DNA of 60,216 nt from Anaerolineae bacterium (GTDB lineage: Bacteria > Chloroflexota > Anaerolineae > CG2-30-64-16), in assembly GCA_034429055.1 (NCBI GenBank), contig DAOUGK010000025.1:1-60216 (forward strand), written 5' to 3'. Made by a program: the position numbers and the translations under genes. The notes under the pieces were generated by a model that saw only the letters and a list, made by a program, of their open reading frames with translations, had not been told where the DNA came from and did not search any database. Numbering within the stretch: the stretch's first letter is position 1; each line of letters begins with the position of its first letter. Shown one piece after another: positions 34,655-46,500 of the stretch.

Positions 34655-36211
34655 ATGGCGGAGATGGATGCAAGCCAGGTCGAGACCAGCTACGGCAAGG
34701 TCAGTGGCGCCCGGAGTGACGGCGTCAGCATCTTCAAGGGGATTCCCTACGCGGGGAGGGTCTCCGGCGACCGGAGATTCCGGCGGCCTGCTGAACTGGA
34801 GCCCTGGACCGGCGTCCGCGAGGCACTGCACCTGGGCGCGCCGGCCATCCAACCGCCCCGCCGGAACGAGCCTGAGCCGGCCGAGGATTGCCTCTTCCTC
34901 AATATCTGGACGCCTGCCAACGACAACGGGAAGCGCCCCGTTATGTTCTACAACCATGGCGGCGGCTTCGTGGTCGGCTCCGGGGGCAGTCCGTTGCAGG
35001 ATGGCGCCAACCTGGCGCGCAACTTCGATGTCGTCGTCGTGCAGACCAACCATCGCCTGGGGCTGCTGGGGTTTCTCTATCTCGAAGAACTGGCCGGATC
35101 GGACTACGCCGGATCAGGGAACCAGGGCCTTCTGGACATCGTGGATGCACTGGCCTGGGTGCACCGGAACATCAGCGGTTTCGGCGGTGATGGGGATAAC
35201 GTGATGGTCTTCGGCGAATCGGGCGGCGGCGCGAAGACATCCTGCCTGTATGCCATGCCTGCGGCCGCGCCGTACTTCAACAAGGCGTCCATCGAGAGCG
35301 GGCCGGGCGTGCGGATGCATACGCGCGAGATGGCGGCTGCAACAACGGCCGGGGTATTGCGCGAACTGGACATCGCCCCGCAGGAGTGGCGCCGGCTGCT
35401 GGATGTCCCGGCCGCCGAGTTGCTGCGCATCCAGGGGCAGTTCCCGCCCGTGCCGCCGCACGGCAAGAAGGGCCAGCGCGAGGGGGCTGCCGAGTCCTTT
35501 CGCGGCGGCTTCGGGCCGGTGGTGGATGGCCTGGGGCTCCCGCAGCACCCCTTCGACCCGACCGCACCTGCCATTTCCCGCGATAAGCCGCTACTTACGG
35601 GCTGGAACGAGGACGAATACACCTTCTTTGCCTGGGAAAGAGGCGATACGAGCGCCTTCAGCCTGGACTTTGCGGGCCTGTACGCCCGGCTGGAGCCCCA
35701 ATTCGGGGCGGCCACGCAGCAGGTCATCGACACCTACTGCCGCGCCCTGCCCGCAGCCTCCGCGCCCGATATCTACGTCGCCATCTCCTCCATCACTATG
35801 ATGGGGCTCGGGTCCGTGGAGATTGCGGAGAAGAAGGCGGCGCAAGGCGACGCGCCGGTCTACCTCTATCAGTTTGGCTACAAGTCGGAGCAGACCATCC
35901 CCGGCACAGACTATCCTCTGGGCACGCCCCATGCCATGGACATCAGCTTCAAGTTCAACAACGAGTCGCCCGTCAACAACTTTGGCTTTCTGTCCGGCAA
36001 GCGACCTGAGCGTTTTATGGCCTCGCACAACATGGCCGCGCTCTGGACCAGCTTCGCGCGCACCGGGAGGCCGGCTGCGGAGGGCGTGCCGGAATGGCCT
36101 GCGTACACGCTAGACGGACGAGCCAGCCTGCGCATCGACACCCGGTGCGAGGTCATGTATGACCGGTACGGCGCAGAGCTTGCGATGTGGCGGGCCGCCG
36201 GCTGGTTATAG
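34655..36211 (+). CDS. Carboxylesterase type B (mirror copy)
   Basis: Exact twin of 24006-25562. Confidence 0.88.
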   Translation: MAEMDASQVETSYGKVSGARSDGVSIFKGIPYAGRVSGDRRFRRPAELEPWTGVREALHLGAPAIQPPRRNEPEPAEDCLFLNIWTPANDNGKRPVMFYNHGGGFVVGSGGSPLQDGANLARNFDVVVVQTNHRLGLLGFLYLEELAGSDYAGSGNQGLLDIVDALAWVHRNISGFGGDGDNVMVFGESGGGAKTSCLYAMPAAAPYFNKASIESGPGVRMHTREMAAATTAGVLRELDIAPQEWRRLLDVPAAELLRIQGQFPPVPPHGKKGQREGAAESFRGGFGPVVDGLGLPQHPFDPTAPAISRDKPLLTGWNEDEYTFFAWERGDTSAFSLDFAGLYARLEPQFGAATQQVIDTYCRALPAASAPDIYVAISSITMMGLGSVEIAEKKAAQGDAPVYLYQFGYKSEQTIPGTDYPLGTPHAMDISFKFNNESPVNNFGFLSGKRPERFMASHNMAALWTSFARTGRPAAEGVPEWPAYTLDGRASLRIDTRCEVMYDRYGAELAMWRAAGWL

Positions 36212-36234
36212 AAGGTCAGGCGGGAGGATAGACC

Positions 36235-37221
36235 ATGCGCCAGGCCAACCGGGTCGTCACGGTCACCGTCAACCCGGCCATCGATCAAACGATCTCCGTC
36301 CCCAACTTCACGGCGGGGGCGGTCAATCGCGTCCGGAGTTCGCAGATGGACGCCGGGGGCAAGGGCATCAACGTCGCCGCGTTCCTGGCCGACTTCGGCC
36401 AGCCGGCCACGGTTACTGGCTTCCTCGGCAGCGCGAACGATGAGATTTTCCGCCGCCTTTTCAGCCAGAAGGGCATCGAAGACCGCTGCGTGCGCATTGC
36501 GGGCGCCACCCGTACCGGCGTCAAGATTACCGATCCCGTGCTACAGCAGACCACCGACATCAACTTCCCCGGCCAGGCGCCGGAGCCGGCAGACATTGTG
36601 CGCCTGTTCGACATCCTCCGGGAACTGGCCGCAGACCATGAGTGGTTCGTGCTCTCGGGCAGCATCCCCGCCGGTGTGTCGGCAGACATCTACGCGCAGA
36701 TGATTCAGACCCTGACGGCTGCGCGGGCTGAGCGCACACCCAAGGTCGTGCTCGACACCAGCGGCGAGGGGTTCAGGCATGCGGTCGCGGCCGGGCCGTG
36801 GCTCATCAAGCCGAACGCCGACGAACTGGGCGAGTTCGCCGGGGAGCGGCTGGAGACGAGCGCGGCCATCGTCAGAGTCGCGCGCGCGCTCATGCAGCGC
36901 CATAACATCACGAGCGTGGTCGTGTCCATGGGGAAGGACGGTGCCATCTTCCTCGAAGGCGACGAGACCGTCTGGGCCGTGCCGCCCGCAGTCGAGGTCA
37001 AGAGCACGGTGGGCGCGGGGGATGCGATGGTCGCGGGCATCGTTGCGGGCAAGCTGCGCGGCCTGCCGCTGGCCGAGTGCGCCCGCCTGGCGACGGCCTT
37101 CTCGGTGACCGCCATCGGTCACATCGGGGCCGGGTTGCCCTCCCTCGCCGCACTTGAGGCCGCGCGGGAGGGCGTCACCGTCCGACCGCTCTCTTCGTCT
37201 CAGCTTACCGAGACCCGCTAG
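36235..37221 (+). CDS. pfkB: 1-phosphofructokinase-family hexose kinase (mirror copy)
   Basis: Exact twin of 22996-23982. Confidence 0.9.
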   Translation: MRQANRVVTVTVNPAIDQTISVPNFTAGAVNRVRSSQMDAGGKGINVAAFLADFGQPATVTGFLGSANDEIFRRLFSQKGIEDRCVRIAGATRTGVKITDPVLQQTTDINFPGQAPEPADIVRLFDILRELAADHEWFVLSGSIPAGVSADIYAQMIQTLTAARAERTPKVVLDTSGEGFRHAVAAGPWLIKPNADELGEFAGERLETSAAIVRVARALMQRHNITSVVVSMGKDGAIFLEGDETVWAVPPAVEVKSTVGAGDAMVAGIVAGKLRGLPLAECARLATAFSVTAIGHIGAGLPSLAALEAAREGVTVRPLSSSQLTETR

Positions 37222-37222
37222 G

Positions 37223-39988
37223 TCAGCCGAGTTCGACGTCGAGACGCTGCATCAGCCCCGTGTGGAGGCCGGTGATGACCTCCCGGCCGATACGAGCGCC
37301 CTTCTCCTCGTATGTCACCGGCAGCTCAACCCCGCCAACAGCGACCCGGCGAACCGCATACGCGCCGTACTCAAGCCGGCGCGGGTTGTGATAGACAACC
37401 TCCCATTCACACCCGGCAAACTGCGTACGGACAGCCGCCCTGTCCTGGTCATCGAATTGCACCGCGGCCAGTTTCGGCGCCAGCACCAGGTCACCCAGGT
37501 CGCCCTGCACGCCGAACACCTCGTTCAGCAGCGTCAGCAGATACCAGCTTGCCGAACCGGTCAACCACGGGTACATGCCGCGGCCCCGCTCGCTGATGTA
37601 TTCCGGCAGGCCGGGATACATGCGGCTGACAGCGAAATCCTGGCAGTGGCCGTAGATCCCTGCCAGCACCATGTAGCCCGCTTGCGCCAGCCCACGACGA
37701 TAGAGCGCATTGGCATACATCACCGCCATGTGGCTGAACATCGCGCCGTTCTCCTTGTGGCCGTACGCGAAGCCGAAGCACCGCCCCAGATTGAGCTGCA
37801 CGCCCCCGAAATCGGTGTTGAGCCGGTAGCCGCCCAGGCGCGGATCGTAGAGATAACGATCGACCGCGCGCACGATCTCGGCCTCCTGCGCAGCGGAGGC
37901 GATGCCGCCCATCAGGGTGAACACCTGCCCGGTCAACGTCATGCGGACGCCGTTGGCATGGTCGCCCTCGACGCGCCGGCCATCGTTGTCGTAGTAACCG
38001 TTGAACCAGCCGTAGCCCTCGGCATCCCTCACCCATTCCTGGTCCCGGATGTGCGCCGCAAGCCAGGCGGCCTTGGCATCCAGATCGCGGCTCAGGTCAG
38101 CCAGGCTCACCTTGGCCTTGTCGCCGGAGATCGTGTGCGTGCAGGCGGCAAAGTATTGGGCCAGGCGGGCTTGTTTGGCGGTCACACTGGTGTAGTCCAC
38201 CGGCTCGCCCACCGTGTCGAGCAGCAGCCGCAGTTCAGCCGCCAGTTCGACTTCCGTGACGCCCAGCCGGTCCAACGCCAGCACCAGCTTGCTCAGGTCG
38301 GCCAGGTTGCCCGCATACAGCGCGGTAAAAGCCACGCTTTCCCCGCGCTCGCGCGCCATGTCCATGCCGTCGTTCCAGTCGGCGCCCTCCAGCAAGATAT
38401 TGCCGGCTGCGCCCACGTTGAAGAACGCGGTGAGGTGTTGAACCAGCAGATGTTCCAGGATGGAGCCGCGGTGGATAGCACCCTGCGCGGTGCGCAGCTC
38501 TGTGCCCTGCTCCGGCGCCCAGGCCGCGTCTTTCCTCTGGCAGCGATGGATGTGCTGGTCCTTGAAGTAACTCTGCTCCTGCAGCAGGAAACCCAGGTCG
38601 CCGCTGCGGTCGATGTAGAGACGAGTTGTCAGGTAGGGCCACGCACCGTGGTCCATCCAGACGCGCGGAATATTGTTGCGATCGGCGATGAATTCGCCGG
38701 GCCGGTTGCCGATGATGGTCGCGTTGCTGCCATCTATGCGCACGCCCGCGAAGCTGCTGAACAGCAGGTCGTGTACCGGCTCGGGTTCCATCACCAGCAG
38801 CGCCAGGCAGTCCTGCCAGAGGTCGCGCCAGCCGCGGCCGCCGCGACCGTAATCGTGGGCCGGCAGGAACGAATTGCCGAACAGACGGCGCAGGGTCGGC
38901 TGGACCGCCACCCATTTCAACCAGCTATCGAAGCGCGGATCGGCGGTGCGGAAGGCCAGCGGCGCGACCACACCCTGCCAATGTAAGCGCGTACGTTCGA
39001 GCCGATCAGCGAAAGCAGCCGCGCTGCCGTAACGTCGGACCAACTCATTTATGTCAACGGAGCCTTCGGCCAGCACGACGAGAATCAGCACGTACGAGCG
39101 CGATTCGCCCGGGGCCAGGGCCACATCCGCGAAACGCAGCGCGCCGATGGCTTCGTAGCCGTCCACAGCCGCGCCCGCACCTACCCCAACCGTTTCGGGC
39201 TGCACCACCGCGGCCGGCCACTCCAGGCTGCCGCCCTCGCCGATGAAGTCCTCGACGACCGGATAGAAGCTGGCCGGCGCCGCGCCGTTACCTTCTGCGC
39301 CCAGCACGGCATAGGTCATACTGTTGGGCCGGTGGCCGCGCTCATCAAAGGTGAGGGTCGGGCACACCTCGATGCCGTGGCGGACGGTGCGGATGCGGTG
39401 CAGCAGCGAGGTGACATGCCGGTGGTCGCGCAGGTTGTCGGCCGAGCGGCCGTAGATGGGGATGGCTGCGGTCGGGGTGAGCGTCAGGGGCGCAGACCCG
39501 ATGTTGGTCAGCGTCACCTGCATCAGCTCCACCGGGTCACCGGGTGACGCGTCACCGGGGGACGGTTCACCCGCGGGCACGAAGTTCACGATCTCTGCGG
39601 CCAGGCCGAGACGCGCGTTGCGCCGCGTGACCTTGTGCCACAGCAGCCCGGCTTCCAGCGTGACCGTCTCGTCGGAGTCCGCTGCAAACGTCTGCGCCAC
39701 CTGCGGCGCAGAGTTGCCCGTGGCCGACCAGGCCCCATGCCCCGCGATATTCACCCAGAAGTTGCGCGCCGAACGCGTGTTGTGCAGGTCCTCCACGGAG
39801 ACCGGCAGGGTCAGGAAGCTGTTCTGGCCCGTCTTGCAGTCGCCATACAGCATCGGCGTCACCGCGGACATCATCCCGGCCTCATTGACCAGCGGGAAGT
39901 AGAGGTAGCTCGTCCGGTGAGGCGTATCGAGGCGGAACGTGCCGTCGGGGCCGGTGAACTGCCAGCCGGTTGTCGCGTTATCTCTCAT
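37223..39988 (-). CDS. GH94-family glycoside phosphorylase (mirror copy)
   Basis: Exact twin of 20229-22994. Confidence 0.88.
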   Translation of the reverse strand: MRDNATTGWQFTGPDGTFRLDTPHRTSYLYFPLVNEAGMMSAVTPMLYGDCKTGQNSFLTLPVSVEDLHNTRSARNFWVNIAGHGAWSATGNSAPQVAQTFAADSDETVTLEAGLLWHKVTRRNARLGLAAEIVNFVPAGEPSPGDASPGDPVELMQVTLTNIGSAPLTLTPTAAIPIYGRSADNLRDHRHVTSLLHRIRTVRHGIEVCPTLTFDERGHRPNSMTYAVLGAEGNGAAPASFYPVVEDFIGEGGSLEWPAAVVQPETVGVGAGAAVDGYEAIGALRFADVALAPGESRSYVLILVVLAEGSVDINELVRRYGSAAAFADRLERTRLHWQGVVAPLAFRTADPRFDSWLKWVAVQPTLRRLFGNSFLPAHDYGRGGRGWRDLWQDCLALLVMEPEPVHDLLFSSFAGVRIDGSNATIIGNRPGEFIADRNNIPRVWMDHGAWPYLTTRLYIDRSGDLGFLLQEQSYFKDQHIHRCQRKDAAWAPEQGTELRTAQGAIHRGSILEHLLVQHLTAFFNVGAAGNILLEGADWNDGMDMARERGESVAFTALYAGNLADLSKLVLALDRLGVTEVELAAELRLLLDTVGEPVDYTSVTAKQARLAQYFAACTHTISGDKAKVSLADLSRDLDAKAAWLAAHIRDQEWVRDAEGYGWFNGYYDNDGRRVEGDHANGVRMTLTGQVFTLMGGIASAAQEAEIVRAVDRYLYDPRLGGYRLNTDFGGVQLNLGRCFGFAYGHKENGAMFSHMAVMYANALYRRGLAQAGYMVLAGIYGHCQDFAVSRMYPGLPEYISERGRGMYPWLTGSASWYLLTLLNEVFGVQGDLGDLVLAPKLAAVQFDDQDRAAVRTQFAGCEWEVVYHNPRRLEYGAYAVRRVAVGGVELPVTYEEKGARIGREVITGLHTGLMQRLDVELG

Positions 39989-39994
39989 CGGTTA

Positions 39995-42900
39995 TCACTC
40001 CAAGCTCATCTCGATCCGCCGGATCTCGCCGCTGCGGACCATCGCGGCATAGGGCGCAGGGATCACGTCACCCTGTAGGGTGATACGGTCACCCTGCAGG
40101 GTGAGTTGGTCGCCGTTCGCCAGGTGCACCGTCGCGGCAGCCACCTGCGCTGCGCCGGTGAGGGGCCCGGACTTTCGGTAAGTGACCTCGCACTGCCCCA
40201 GGAACGTGAAGGTCAGCGTACCATCCTCCCGGAAGAGCCAGTCCGGCAGGACCGGTCTGAACGCCAGACACAGTTCGCCGTCGCGCAGGCAGAAGGGCTG
40301 CGGCCCCACCATCATCAGCGACCACATGCTGAGGAACTCGGCAGTGGCGCCGGTGAGGCGGGCGACATACCCGCGGCCGTGCAGCGCGGCATCGGGATGG
40401 GCGCTGCTGACGATGAACGAAGAGTTCTCCAGCGGGCTGCGGCCATAAGTCTGCGGATCGAAGAACGGTACGAGGCCGCGGCGGATGTCGGTGAAGAACT
40501 CGTCGCGCAGCCCCGCCCGCAAGGTCGCCAACAGGTACTTGTAGGCCATGTGCAGGAATACGGATTCGTTCTCCAGCCAACCCGGCGTGAAGGCGCGCAG
40601 CCGGCCGATCTCGGGGGAGCAATCCGCCAGCGGCGCGTTGGTCTTGTACATGCCCAGCGCGGCGTCGAAGAGCGGTCCGGCCTTCACCTGTTCGTAGATG
40701 AGGCGAGTGCGTGCGAGGTCAGCCTGATAAGCCATCATGGCGTGCACCGGCCCCTCCAGGAACGGGGGCAGGGTTTGCAGTTCAAAATGGGTCACGCGCA
40801 CGAAAGGCCGGCCCTGGCCGTCACGCAGCGGCTCGCCGGCCGCCCCGGTCATGACCTCGTAATCGCGCGCTTCGTGGACGAAGTAGGTGGGCGGGATGCC
40901 GCCGGCCAGCGCCTCGGCCCGCGCGATACCCGCGGCAACCTTGTCACGGAAGGCCTGCAGGATCGAGCCGAGATTCGCAGAGTCAATCGTCTCCGTGCGG
41001 CCGTCGAAGCCCAGGCGGACGCGCTGCCGATAAGCCTCGCGCGCAGTCGCCACGGCATCCCAATAGCGGTGATCACGCTCGGCGTCAAACGCGCGCTGGT
41101 AGGCAGTAAGCTGCGTCACGACCTCGCGCAGCAGCCCAGCCAGCTCGATGGGCAGAGCGACACCCTCCTCCCGTCCCCCTCCCTGCGAGGGAGAGGAGGG
41201 CAGGGGGGTGAGGTTCCCCAGCAGGAAGTCGAGCAGACGCAGCAGTTCATAGGTCTCTGACAGCGATGAGCCGAACAACCCCGGCAGGCCGTTGAGCGCG
41301 TCACACCAGCCCGGCTTGCCCGCCTCCATCTCGACGCCCATGCCAGACGGGTCGAGGGTGGCGAACTTGAGCAGCGCGAGGCCGGTCAGCTTGGCGAAGA
41401 CGGTGCTCGTGAAGACCTCGCCCTCCCCCTGGCCCGCCCGCGCGAGGTGGCGCGGGTGGGGTCCACCGGCAAGCCGATGCGCCAATTCCTCGTCTTCCAG
41501 AAGTGCCCCATACTGGCGCACCTGGCCGTTCGCCAGCAGCACAGTCTTCCGCTCGCGCGGCTGCACGAACGCCGCACCTTGATAATAAGGCACGGTCTTC
41601 TCGAACAACAACTCGTCTTGGCGGTCCGGGTAGATTGCCAGGTACGCGTCCAGCAGATCAAGATTGTAGAACCAATGGTCAACCCAGTAGCCCTCGGTAA
41701 ACGTCGCCGCGAACTCCCAGTCGGCCTGGGCCGCGGCCGCTTCGACGAGGGCCGCCGGCGGCACGGTCAGGCGGATGCCGTGTTGCGCAACCGTCTTGAG
41801 CAGAGAGCCGGCCGTGAAGGGGTTGCTCAGCAGCGGACGCAGCAGATCAGGCCGGTCCACCAGCGCAAGCACCGCCGCTTGCCGCTCAGACGGGATCGTG
41901 AACCGGCTGCCCAGCACGGTGAGCGGGTTATAGCCGTCGGGTTGGATCAAACTGAGGAAAGCCAGGAACTCCTGATCACCGACCGCAGGGTTGAAGAGCA
42001 CATCGGAGCGCCGATTCTGGTTGACATCCCGATAGCTCGCGTTGCCCTGTGAGTAGAACTCGGCCGGCAGGAGGAACGCGTTGTAGTCGCGCTCCAGGTC
42101 GCCGTGCCGGCGGCCGTAGAGGTGGTAAATGTGGCCGTCCAGGGACACGGGCCAGCCGCCGCGCAGGATGTTGTCGAGCATCGCCTGCCGGCAGTACGCG
42201 TCGAAACGCGAGTCGCCGGTTTGCGTTGAAATGGAAGCGGTCAACTGCGCGGCCAGCGCCTGCGCCTCGGCGCGCTTGGCGGCGACAAATACGGGATCGG
42301 CCAGGCGCGCCCGCGCCCGGTTGATGACCTCCACCTCGCCCACGTGGCCGATGATGGCATAGAGCGTCAGCGCTTCACCCGGCGCCAGCGTGGCCGCGGC
42401 ACCGGCAAACCCGCAGGGCGTCCGGCACAGCGGGACCTGCGGCGCGGCAGCCAACTCGGCCAGCGAGCCGGCGAGGAAGCGATCGGGATAGCTGAGGGCG
42501 GTGTTGGGACCGAAGATCACCGTAGGATCGACGAACAGCAGGGGTGAACCGCCGTGTTGACCCCCACCCGTGAAGGCGAGGTAGAAATGCCCCGCCTCGA
42601 ATGTTTCCACCTCGGCGCGATCCGCAATGCTGGCCTGCACCCGATAGAACGGGATGCCCTGGGCCAGGTTGGTGACCGCCATCCACGCCTCAGCGGTGCG
42701 GCCGATCTCCTTGAGCATCCCGTTCGTCACACCGAATGGAATGATCGCCGGCAGGCCGTCCAGTAGTTCGATCGCGACCGGTTGTGCGGCGATGTTTTTG
42801 ACCGTCACCTGGCGCACCAGCGCGGCGAAGCCTTCGCCGGGCAGGATGAAGTACACGACGTTGGTCTGGAGACCATGCACCGGGCTCGCTTCTTCCAGTT

Positions 42901-43288
42901 CCAGCTCGTTCGGCGCGATGAACATGCGGCGAGGCCTCACCTCCGACCCCTCTCCTTGCAGGAGAGGGGCTGAGGGTGAGGTCGGCGCTACCGCGGAAAA
43001 CGGCTCGTAATACCTATCACCGGCCTGGTCGCGCAGCTTGATGAAGGTGCGGAATCCCATGTACGGCGTCATCTGATACGCCTTGTTCGCCGGCTGGAAC
43101 TCCATAATGGGGTTGTCCTTGCTTTCCACGCCGAAGCCGGCAATGGCCTGGCCGCGGTTGACGTAGAACGCCCAGAGGGGAATGCCCAACGGCCCCGCGA
43201 TCCCCGGCAGGAAGCTGGCAAACGAGGGAAAAGCGTCGAAATCCTCGATGACGAAACGGTTCTGAGGGTCGAAATGATGTTGGGTCAT
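39995..43288 (-). CDS. Large GH94-related glycoside phosphorylase-like protein (mirror copy)
   Basis: Exact twin of 16929-20222. Confidence 0.75.
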   Translation of the reverse strand: MTQHHFDPQNRFVIEDFDAFPSFASFLPGIAGPLGIPLWAFYVNRGQAIAGFGVESKDNPIMEFQPANKAYQMTPYMGFRTFIKLRDQAGDRYYEPFSAVAPTSPSAPLLQGEGSEVRPRRMFIAPNELELEEASPVHGLQTNVVYFILPGEGFAALVRQVTVKNIAAQPVAIELLDGLPAIIPFGVTNGMLKEIGRTAEAWMAVTNLAQGIPFYRVQASIADRAEVETFEAGHFYLAFTGGGQHGGSPLLFVDPTVIFGPNTALSYPDRFLAGSLAELAAAPQVPLCRTPCGFAGAAATLAPGEALTLYAIIGHVGEVEVINRARARLADPVFVAAKRAEAQALAAQLTASISTQTGDSRFDAYCRQAMLDNILRGGWPVSLDGHIYHLYGRRHGDLERDYNAFLLPAEFYSQGNASYRDVNQNRRSDVLFNPAVGDQEFLAFLSLIQPDGYNPLTVLGSRFTIPSERQAAVLALVDRPDLLRPLLSNPFTAGSLLKTVAQHGIRLTVPPAALVEAAAAQADWEFAATFTEGYWVDHWFYNLDLLDAYLAIYPDRQDELLFEKTVPYYQGAAFVQPRERKTVLLANGQVRQYGALLEDEELAHRLAGGPHPRHLARAGQGEGEVFTSTVFAKLTGLALLKFATLDPSGMGVEMEAGKPGWCDALNGLPGLFGSSLSETYELLRLLDFLLGNLTPLPSSPSQGGGREEGVALPIELAGLLREVVTQLTAYQRAFDAERDHRYWDAVATAREAYRQRVRLGFDGRTETIDSANLGSILQAFRDKVAAGIARAEALAGGIPPTYFVHEARDYEVMTGAAGEPLRDGQGRPFVRVTHFELQTLPPFLEGPVHAMMAYQADLARTRLIYEQVKAGPLFDAALGMYKTNAPLADCSPEIGRLRAFTPGWLENESVFLHMAYKYLLATLRAGLRDEFFTDIRRGLVPFFDPQTYGRSPLENSSFIVSSAHPDAALHGRGYVARLTGATAEFLSMWSLMMVGPQPFCLRDGELCLAFRPVLPDWLFREDGTLTFTFLGQCEVTYRKSGPLTGAAQVAAATVHLANGDQLTLQGDRITLQGDVIPAPYAAMVRSGEIRRIEMSLE
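40068..40104. repeat. Two 16-bp palindromes spaced 21 bp apart (mirror copy)
   Basis: Exact twin of 20113-20149. Confidence 0.8.
41161..41213. repeat. In-frame GC-rich palindromic element, copy 2 (mirror copy)
   Basis: Exact twin of 19004-19056. Confidence 0.7.
42935..42981. repeat. In-frame GC-rich palindromic element, copy 1 (mirror copy)
   Basis: Exact twin of 17236-17282. Confidence 0.8.
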
Positions 43289-43305
43289 GGTGTGTTCGCT
43301 TTCAA

Positions 43306-43341
43306 TTTGCACCGCCTGCGAGCTGATGCAGGCGGTGCAAA
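43306..43341 (-). other. 14-bp stem-loop upstream of the phosphorylase-like gene (mirror copy)
   Basis: Exact twin of 16876-16911. Confidence 0.6.
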
Positions 43342-43448
43342 GTTCCGCTCAGGAGGCTTAGGGTCTGTAAAAGTATTACTTCCTGCTCTGGCCGGTCTCC
43401 GACCGTGCCAGCGGCGGAACTTATTCTTTTACGAGCCCTTAGTGTCTA

Positions 43449-43519
43449 CCGAAAAGTCGTAGTCTAGGGCCTTGTGCCCGTTAGTACGCCCACAAGGGGC
43501 TATGCTACCCCTTTTTCGG
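43449..43519. repeat. REP/MITE-like intergenic element (mirror copy)
   Basis: Exact twin of 16698-16768. Confidence 0.8.
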
Positions 43520-43536
43520 ATAGGCACTTATGTGAA

Positions 43537-46500
43537 TCAGGGCACGAAGGCGAAGTCGTCGAAGTAGTAGGTCGATGCGCCGCCGATCTGTGCGCCGGTC
43601 TTGCCGAAGTTCGGGAACACCGACATGCGGTTGTAGGTCGTCGCCAGGTTCAGCGGCGCGGTGCCCGCAGCCGGGTTGGCGAAGTCGAAGGTCAGCGTCT
43701 CCCAGGCGTTTGCCACCGTGGTCGTCGCCTCCGTCTCGCAGCTCTTGCTGCCGTCCGCCGCGTCCTCCACCTTCAGCCGGATCGGCACGCCTGCCGTGGG
43801 CGACCACACCCGCACCGTGATCGTCTTGGCCGTCGCGGTGAACGGAATCGGTGCGAGCGAGTTGCCCGGCTCCGTCGAGACCGTCACGCCCGCCCACAGC
43901 TCCGCCGTGGCCGACTTGGCCACCTGGGCCACCTTGTTCGTGCCGCCCGCCGGGTCGGTCACCACGCTCGCCGCCTCGGCCCCGCCGAAGCCCGTCAGCG
44001 TGTACGTCACCGCCGGGTCGTCGAACGTCACCGGCAGCCCGTTCAGCACAACACCGCCGCCCATCGCAAAGTCGTCGAAGTAGTAGGTCGACGCGCCGCC
44101 GATCTGTGCGCCGGTCTTGCCGAAGTTCGGGAACACCGACATCCGGTTGTAGGTCGTCGCCAGGTTGAGCGGCGCGGTGCCCGCGGCCGGGTTGGCGAAG
44201 TCGAAGGTCAGCGTCTCCCAGGCGTTTGCCACCGTGGTCGTCGCCTCCGTCTCGCAGCTCTTGCTGCCGTCCGCCGCGTCCTCCACCTTCAGCCGGATCG
44301 GCACACCCGCGGTGGGCGACCACACCCGCACCGTGATCGTCTTGGCCGTCGCGGTGAACGGAATCGGTGCAAGCGAGTTGCCCGGCTCGGTCGAAACGGT
44401 CACGCCCGCCCACAGCTCCGCCGTCGCCGACTTGGTGACCTGCGCCACCTTGTTCGTGCCGCCCGCCGGGTCGGCCACCACGCTCGCCGCCTCGGCCCCG
44501 CCGAAGCCCGTCAGCGTGTACGTCACCGCCGGGTCATCGAACGTCACCGGCAGCCCGTTCAGCACGACACCGCCGCCCATTGCGAAGTCGTCGAAGTAGT
44601 AGGTCGACGCGCCGCCGATCTGCGCACCGGTCTTGCCGAAGTTCGGGAACACCGACATGCGGTTGTAGGTCGTCGCCAGGTTCAGCGGTGCGGTGCCCGC
44701 AGCCGGGTTGGCGAAGTCGAAGGTCAGCGTCTCCCAGGCGTTCGCCACCGTCGTTGTCGCCTCCGTCTCGCAGCTCTTGCTGCCGTCCGACGCGTCTTCC
44801 ACCTTCAGCCGGATCGGCACACCCGCCGTGGGCGACCACACCCGCACCGTGATGGTCTTGGCCGTCGCGGTGAACGGAATCGGTGCGAGCGAGTTGCCCG
44901 GCTCGGTCGAGACGGTCACGCCCGCCCACAGCTCCGCCGTCGCCGACTTGGTGACCTGCGCCACCTTGTTCGTGCCGCCCGCTGGGTCGGTCACCACGCT
45001 CGCCGCCTCAGCCCCGCCGAAGCCCGTCAGCGTGTACGTCACCGCCGGGTCGTCAAACGTCACCGGCAGCCCGTTCAGCACAACACTCTTCGTGTCGTAA
45101 ACTTGATCGAGAGAGGCCGCGGCCGTGTTGGCATTGTAGGCAAGGTCGTAGAACTTGCCCGCCGCCACGCTGACGGTGATCGTGCCGGTCGCATTCGCAG
45201 GCGGCGTCACAACCAACGTCGCCAGCGTGCCGCTGACGCGCGTGAAGGTGCCCGCTGCGCCGCCCGTGACCGCGATGTCATCGGCGGTGAAGCTCGTGCC
45301 GATGTCTTCGCTGAACGTGAAGGTGAACGTGACCGGGCCCGCCGCCGTCTGGCCGGCCGCGCTGCTGGTGATGTCCACCGTTGGCGGCGTGGCATCGTCG
45401 TACGTCAGGCGCACCTGGTCGAGCAGCACCGGAGTGCGCAGGGGAGCCGGTACGCCGAAGCTGATCGACCGCACGGCCGACGGGTCCAGCGTGGTTCCCA
45501 CCGCGTCCTTGAAGGCGGTGAAGGGGAGGCTGATCTGCTGCCAGCCGCTGAAGTTGTCGACGAACGACGTCGCAAACGACACGGGCTGCGGCGCAGCCTG
45601 GTAGAGGCGCACGTAGTCCACCAGGGTCTGCTGCGGGAAGACCGTGTCGGGGCTGACTGCCCCGCCGAAGTTGCCGCCGACCGCCACGTTCAGCAGCATG
45701 TAGAACGGGTGGTTGTAGACCCACTGCTTGCCCGCAAGGAACGGATCGGCCGGGGTCGCCGTGAAGTAAGCGACGCCGTCCAGGAACCAGGTGATCTTAT
45801 TCGGCTGCCATTCCACCGCGAAGGTATGGAATTCATCGGCGACCGGTTTGCCCAGATCGACGACCTTGCCGTAGCTGTTGCCGCCCGAATAGCCGGGGCC
45901 GTGCAGGGTGCCGAAGATCTCGTTGGGCAGGCGCCCGACGTGCTCCATGATGTCGATTTCGCCGGTCAGCGGCCAGCCGACCCGGTCGATGTCCGTGCCG
46001 AGCATCCAGAACGCCGGCCAGAGCCCGGCGCCGACGGGCACTTTGACGCGCGCCTCGACCCGGCCGTAGGCGACCTCGAACCGGTTCTTGGTCAGCAGCC
46101 GCGCCGAGGTGTACTTGCAGGGTCCATAGTAGCACTGCAGCGAGCCGTCAGCTGCCGCGGTGGTGATTACCAGGTGGCCCTGGCCGTCGGTGGATGCGTT
46201 CGTGCCGCCTGGGGTGTAATACTCCAGCTCATCGTTGCCCCAGCCGGGGATGCCGTTGACGGTGCCGTCGCCGACCTCGTTGCCCCAGACGCGCGGGTTG
46301 GGCGGGGCGCCGGCAGCCGTATTGAACTCATCGCGCCAGACAAGCTGCCAGTTCGCGGGATTGGTCGGAGCCGCCAGGTCGTTGGTCAGCGCAACCTGGA
46401 CCGCTTTGCCGCTGTTGCGGCCGTAGTACCAGAAGCTCAACCCCGACGCGGCGCTCCAGTCCTGGCCGACAGGGAAGGTGCGGCCAAAGCGTTGGGTGGG